From Selaginella moellendorffii (lineage: Eukaryota > Plantae > Lycopodiophyta): a stretch of DNA of 64,000 nucleotides. Below the pieces are notes generated by a model. The model saw nothing but the letters and a program-made list of their open reading frames with translations. It did not search any database and was not told the origin of the DNA. Position numbers and translations under genes: made by a program. This document shows positions 57,933-64,000 of the stretch, one piece after another; within the stretch, counting starts at the first letter, position 1; each line of letters starts with the position of its first letter. The stretch lies in assembly GCF_000143415.4 (NCBI RefSeq), contig NW_003314321.1, forward strand, positions 1,182,422 to 1,246,421, read 5' to 3'.

Positions 57933-60900
57933 TCCGGTTCCCATGTTGCTTCGCAGTGTGGAAATCCTTTCCACTTCACATGGAACTCTCTCACCTCGCG
58001 TCCTTGTCGCTTGCTCTTGCGCGCATTGAGGATGGCCTCGACTTCGTATTCCTCCTCCCCTTGGATAACCTCAGGTAAAGGTCTTACTTGGTCCTTGCGA
58101 AGCGGATCCTCAAAATACGGCTTGAGTAAGTTCACGTGGAACACGGGATGCATCTTCCCCATCTCTCGAGGAAGTCGGAGACGGTAAGCCACTTTACCGA
58201 TTCGAGCCTCAATCTCGTAAGGCCCCGCGAACCTGCTTAAGGAACTCAAGATCAATTCATTTACAGGAATACATGCATTTTTACCTTTGGGTCAACTTCC
58301 GGCTGATCCCACTTGGTAGCCTGAGGTTCTTGGTGTTCAGCCACACCTTCTCCCCAGCTTGGAACTCCACATCTCGACGCTTTTGGTTCGCGTACTTAGT
58401 TTGCCTTTGTTGAGCCCGTTCCAAGGAATCCCTCACTAGATTCCAAATGTTGAGTCTTTCCGCCGTGAATGCCTCCACTGCGGGTAACTCTCCATGATAC
58501 TCGGCCACGCCGAGTTCCACAGGACCTTCAATAGCTCGCCCATTGATGACTTCCCATGGACTCACCCCGATGCTCGAATGTGGTGAGTTGTTATAACACA
58601 TTTCCGCAAGTCCCAAATGACTTACCCAGTCAGTCTGGTCTCCTGAGACATAGCATCGCAAATAATCCTCCAGCTGCCTATTCACCCTTTCCGTTTGTCC
58701 GTCTGTCAAGAAGTGTTAGTGCCATCAATCTTGACTCAATACCCATTACCTGTCTGTGGGTGATAGGCCGTGCTGAATTTCAACTTGGTGCGATACTGTT
58801 CTAGGAGTGTCCTCCAGAACCTACTGGTGAAGATCTTATCTCGATCTGAGATAATCTCTTCCGGCCTTCCCCGCACTCGAACCACTTGTTCGAAGAACAG
58901 CTTCGCCACACCTTCCGCATCCACATCCGTTGTGGTGGGTATGAAATGTGCCATCTTTGAAAATCGGTCCACCACCACGAATATCGCATCGAACCCCTCG
59001 CTTGGGGGTAGTCCCGTGATGAAGTCCATCGTGAGACATTTCCACGGACGATCTGGAATGGGGATGCTTTGCAACAAGCCCCCACTAGCCTTCGTCACGG
59101 CTTTGACCTGCTGACATGTTGGACATGTCTTTACATAGTCTTGGACGTCCTTAGCCATATCTGGCCAGTGATACTTCCTTTTGAGTAAGCCTATCGTCTT
59201 GGGCACTCCGCCGTGTCCCGCAAGAGGTCCGTCATGACACTCTTCCAAGGCTACTTTCCTTAGTTCCCCTTCTGGAACATACACCCTCGTTTGCTTGTAA
59301 TATATGAGTCCGTTGCGTTCCGCATAGCCCGTTTTCTCTTCCGTTGGCAACTCACCTCTCTGGTGAGCTTCCCGCGCCTCCAGATTCCTCAGCAACACTT
59401 CTTGTGCTAGACCATCACTCTCGTATGCGGTCCGCACATCGTCCCAAAAGGTTGCTGTCGCGCTAGATATCGCCAACTTCAAGCTCGCTTTTCGACTTAG
59501 CGCATCTGCCACGATGTTGCTCTTCCCAGGCTTGTACAGGATCTCGCAATCAAACTCGGCCAAAGCATTGGCCCACCGACCTTGTTTTCCCCTTAGGTCG
59601 GGCTGTGACAAGAAGTGTTTCGTTGCCACATTGTCCGTGTAAACCTTGAAGTGTCTCCCAAGGTAGTGTCGCCACTCCTTGAGCGCCTTGACCACCGCAA
59701 ACAATTCCTTCTCGTGGGCAGGCCACTTCCGTTGAGCCTTGTCCAGCTTCTTCGAGAAGAACGCTACTGGATGGTTGTCTTGCTTCAAAACTGCGCCCAA
59801 CGCAAAGTCCGAAGCATCCGTGTCTACCTCAAAGTCCTTACCAAAGTCTGGTAATGCCAACACTGGAGCCTTCCTCAACTTCCCTTTGAGGTGGACGAAT
59901 GCCGCCTCGCATTCCGCTGTCCATACCATCTTCCCTTTTCCTGTTTGGTCCGTTAAGGGCAGGGCTACTCTCGAATAGTGTCTGATAAACTTTCGATAGT
60001 AGTTGCATAGCCCCAGGAACGCCCTCAACTCATGTACATTCGATGGTCGTTCCCATTCCTGGATCGCTTGGACCTTCTCCGGGTCCACCTTGAGCCCGTC
60101 CTGGCCCACCACATGCCCGAGAAACTTTACCTCTTGTTGAGCAAAGTCACATTTGCTCTCTTTAGCATACAGTTTGTGTTCCCTTAGTTTCTCAAACACC
60201 TTCGCCAAGTGTTCGGCATGCTCCTCTAGCGTCTCGCTATAGATCAGGATGTCGTCAATATAGACGACCACGAAGCGATCCAGATAGGGTACAAAGATGT
60301 GGTTCATCAACGCCGAAAACGTTGCCGGCGCATTGCACAGCCCAAAGGGCATCACCAAAAACTCAAAGCTCCCATACCTCGTTCGACAGGTTGTCTTCTC
60401 GACATCTTCCTCAGCTACCCTGATCTGGTAGTATCCTGACCTTAGGTCAATCCTCGAGAAGTATTTTGCCTTTCCCAACCTATCGAACAGGTCCTCGATC
60501 CTTGGCAAAGGGTACTTGTTCTTCTTGGTATACTTGTTGAGCAACCGGTAGTCTATGCACATGCGCATAGATCCATCTTTCTTTTTCACAAATAGCACCG
60601 GCGCCCCATACGGCGACTTGCTCAACCTAACATACCCTTTGTCCACCAACTCCTCTAGTTGGCTCTTGAGCTCCTTGAGTTCTTTTTCGTTCAATCGATA
60701 GGGTGGACGAACCACCGCCTCAGCACCCTCGACCAGCTCAATCTTATGTTCTATCGGTCGTGCGGGGGGCAACCCTGCCGGTAGCTCCTCCGGCATCGTA
60801 TCCTGGAATTGGTCCAGCACCTGCTGGATCACTAAAGGTACTTCTTCCGTTCTTGTCTTTTTGTCACTCTTCACCGAGAGTAAGCACAAAAAGGCTGCCT

Positions 60901-62077
60901 TAGTTCCTTTAGTGAGTTGTCCTCTCGTGGACACCAGGTTTAAGCATGACTCTTTGGCCTTGCTTTGCCCTACCTTTAGATCCTGGGCCTCCACCCTAGA
61001 TCTTCTTCCTTGGGCATTCGCCAATACCACAAGGTTCCTACCTTGTCCATGTAGGGCTACCACGAACCGATTAAACCAATCCATTCCGAAGATCACGTCA
61101 AATCCCGCCATATCCAAGACGGTGAAATCCATGTCCACTTTCCATGTCCCCACTTCGACTCTCGCTTGTCGAAGTACCTCATCGGTGCTTTGGCTACCTT
61201 GAACAAACTCTATAGTCCTTGGTTCGCCTAGCCGCTGCACCGTTAGTCCGGCTTGCCGGACTATGTCTGCAGCCACAAAATTATCCGAAGCACCCGTGTC
61301 AATAAGGATCTTAACAAAGCTACCTCCGAGCTTCCCTCGAAGGGCTAGTAGATGTCGCGAACGACTCTCTACCAAAGTTGCTCGTGTAATGAGTAACTTT
61401 GAGTTAGGGACTGGATCACATACCTCAGTTTGGACTTCACCCGACTTGATGGCCATATTGGCTCTGGCCTTCTTCGGGTAGGGACATTCCCTCGAGAAGT
61501 GTCCCGCTTCGCCGCAGTTGTAGCATACGTTGTTGCCCACGCTGCTATACGACTTGACCTTCTTATCCGTGGGTTTGTCTTTTTTCGCTTGACTTCCCCA
61601 CGTACTCGCTCGCTGGCCACCGGATTTGCCTTTCCGGAACCCCGAGGACTCATTCTTAGAGAAACTCTTCTTGAATTTCCCCTTGCTATATGTTCCCCTC
61701 GGTTTGGCCCCTTTGTGAAACGTGGATCCCGACCCCGTCGTGTTTCCCTTTCGCAGATTATCGTTGAAATGCACCTTGATGGCCGCATCCAACGCTTCCT
61801 TGTAGTTGGTCGGGTTCCAGCGCATCACCTCACCGCGAGCCCAGGTTTGCAAACCTGATATAAAGGCATGGAACGCATCCATATCTCCCATGTCCGTGAC
61901 AAGTATCCTCTTTGCCATGAACCCATTCACATATTCCTGGATGGTTCCAGTTTGCTTCAGCCTACTCAACTCATCTCTCAGATGCAGAGTGGCATTCGGA
62001 GGAACGTATGTCGCGCGGATCCTCGCCTTCATCATGTCCCAGGTGGCCACCGGTCCTTCGTTGGCCTCCGTTGTTCT
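57933..62077 (-). mobile_element. Second, LTR-less copy of the intron-containing chromovirus (partial gag to partial chromodomain); introns at 58749-58703 and 58284-58233
   Basis: Colinear with 33844-37988 at an offset of 24089. ORFs 58736-62086, 58281-58709 and 57920-58255. Confidence 0.95.
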
Positions 62078-62381
62078 TGTAAGCAACCAAAGGGAACGAC
62101 TCGAGAGACGATCCGTTGGGGTTCAAATATAGAGGGAAAGGGCCCATGAACAAGAGTGCACCCCCTTTTCCAATCGGTTAAGGGTCTTGGGATACTTGGG
62201 GTTAAGCGTCCTTGGGTTTGAATAGTACTGGGCTGGGTGACCTCCCGGGAAGTCCAAACTCAGGAGCTTACATTTGGTATCAGAGAGGTCTCGAGTCCGA
62301 CTCTATTGGTTGGCTAGGGGAATCACACCACATGTTGATTGACATCTGGCTGGTCCAATTTGCTCCCGCTGGGCTCGACCC
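62078..62381 (+). mobile_element. Truncated Cassandra (LTR 62078-62272, PBS, part of the internal region)
   Basis: Near-identical to 57338-57641. Confidence 0.92.
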
Positions 62382-62405
62382 GATTGACCCCTTGACCCGT
62401 ATTAG

Positions 62406-64000
62406 TCCAAATACTAATACGGGTCAAGGGGTGAAAGCCCAAAGCGTGCGTCCCCCAGGGGGGGGGGGCTGCAGGGGGTTCCAAAAGTATAGTAGGGATA
62501 GTGAGGTCCAGGAACCAGTTTAGAAGGGACTCTCCAGTGGGGCTCCCAAACTGACTTGAGGTTGGGACTGGGACCGAGGGGCCTTGGGTGGGAGTGAGCA
62601 TGGACTTGGTTGGTGCTGGAGGGGCCATCCAAGGAAGTGCTCAAGAGCAGCTCCCACTCCCAAAAGGGAAACTGATTGCGGTGCTCCCGGCTCATGTGGA
62701 GTGGTGCCCCACTTGAGTACCATGCGGCTCATTGGTCCTCGCCCTTCCTAGGGGCTTGGGCCTTCCTTCGGGATGGAAGTGGGGGGCGAGAGATACCCAT
62801 GCCGGGCCGTTAGGCCACGGTGTTTCGCCCCGGCGTCCCGAAGCAAGTGTTGCACTCAAGACTTGGGATTTAGAGGGTCCCATGAACAAGTCTTGTGGTA
62901 CCAAGGGAAGTTAGGAACCTGGAAGCTTGGTGTGCTTGGCTGCTTGTGCTTGCGGGGAGTGTAGCCGAACCTTAAGTCCAGTCTAACCCGGGGAGGGGGA
63001 TTGGGAGTGATTTGGGAATCCGTGGAAGGATGGCTAACACTCCGTTGCTCGTGCAGTGAGTAGCTGAAACCAAGTAGGAGCTGGTACCATAGGCGAGAAC
63101 CTTGGCAAGGGAACTTAGCAAAAGCCAAGGCAGTGTTGGACGGATAGACGAGGTAAGCTGGCAAATTGGAAAGGAAAAATTTGTGGCTTACAATTTGGTA
63201 TCGGAGCCTTTATCTCAGTTCTAGCGAAGGATAGAGGCGGATTGCTGGGAGATGGCAAGGGCAGGGTGTAAGCGAACCCAGGCGGAGACGGAACCTCCGC
63301 CGGAGCTGGAGCCTCCGGTTGAACAAGAGGCTATGGATGAGGAATCCTTGCATGAGGAGGACTCCAGTGAGGAAACTTCCAAACAGGAGTCCGGTGGCGA
63401 GGTTCGGTCGTCCAAGGCTCGATTGGACGTGCTAGAAGGACAGTTGGCACAGACTAATGCCCTGCTGGAGACTCTCGTACGCAAGTTAAAGCGTGACGAG
63501 AAGCGGAAGAAAAAGCGAAAGACTGCGGATGCTGGCAGCGCAGAAGGTGCGGACCCTTCGGCAGGGACTGAGGCAAAACCAGACAAGGTCGAACAGACCG
63601 AAGTGGAATCAGTCCCTCAGGCAGTTCCCAAGTACAAACCAAAGCCCCCACCGGTGTTCAAGGGAGTGAACGACTATAAGGTTGTGGAGGATTGGTTTTA
63701 CGATATGGAGGACTACTTCCGAGCGTTGCGGTTACCGAGCTCGGAGAAGGTCCCATGTGCAAAACCATACTTGGCAGATAATGCCAAGTCTTGGTGGAGA
63801 ACAACGGAGGCCAACGAAGGACCGGTGGCCACCTGGGACATGATGAAGGCGAGGATCCGCGCGACATACGTTCCTCCGAATGCCACTCTGCATCTGAGAG
63901 ATGAGTTGAGTAGGCTGAAGCAAACTAGAACCATCCAGGAATATGTGAATGGGTTCATGGCAAAGAGGATACTTGTCACGGACATGGGGGATATGGATGC
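62406..64000 (+). mobile_element. Third copy of the chromovirus: partial 5' LTR (to 63192), PBS 63196-63208, gag from ATG 63252 running off the window
   Basis: Reverse complement of ~37785-39378. Translation [20 protein letters not shown]... Confidence 0.95.

Overview
Plant nuclear DNA, most likely a lycophyte such as Selaginella. That assignment is inference from 47-73 nt introns, a PLS-E PPR gene, TTTAGGG repeats and a telomere-associated Penelope-like fragment. The first ~7 kb is a tandem duplication of an [R2R3-MYB(-) / PPR(+)] unit with reciprocal loss: copy 1 keeps the MYB and copy 2 keeps the PPR. The remaining ~57 kb is nested transposons: a Copia remnant, several Gypsy elements and solo LTRs, Cassandra TRIMs with 5S-derived LTRs, a TRIM-like element with mismatched LTRs, and a Penelope-like fragment with interstitial telomeric repeats. 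Three things stand out. (1) A young, complete chromovirus (32211-39738, TSD ATTTC) whose integrase is split by two GT-AG introns (47 and 52 nt), both also present in a second copy; unspliced RNA would stop before the catalytic Glu of DDE. (2) A multi-hairpin RNA with two tRNA T-loop hairpins in its 3' UTR, conserved with compensatory changes in a different LTR family (14066-14244). (3) An 8.2-kb TIR element (22351-30565, 4-bp TSD CACA) encoding a multi-exon protein with ParB/Srx-like, possible degenerate methyltransferase-like and FCP1/NIF HAD regions, and carrying about 14 copies of a 22-bp palindrome ATGGCRTG-N6-CAYGCCAT. All domain calls are by-eye motif recognition; no database searches were run.
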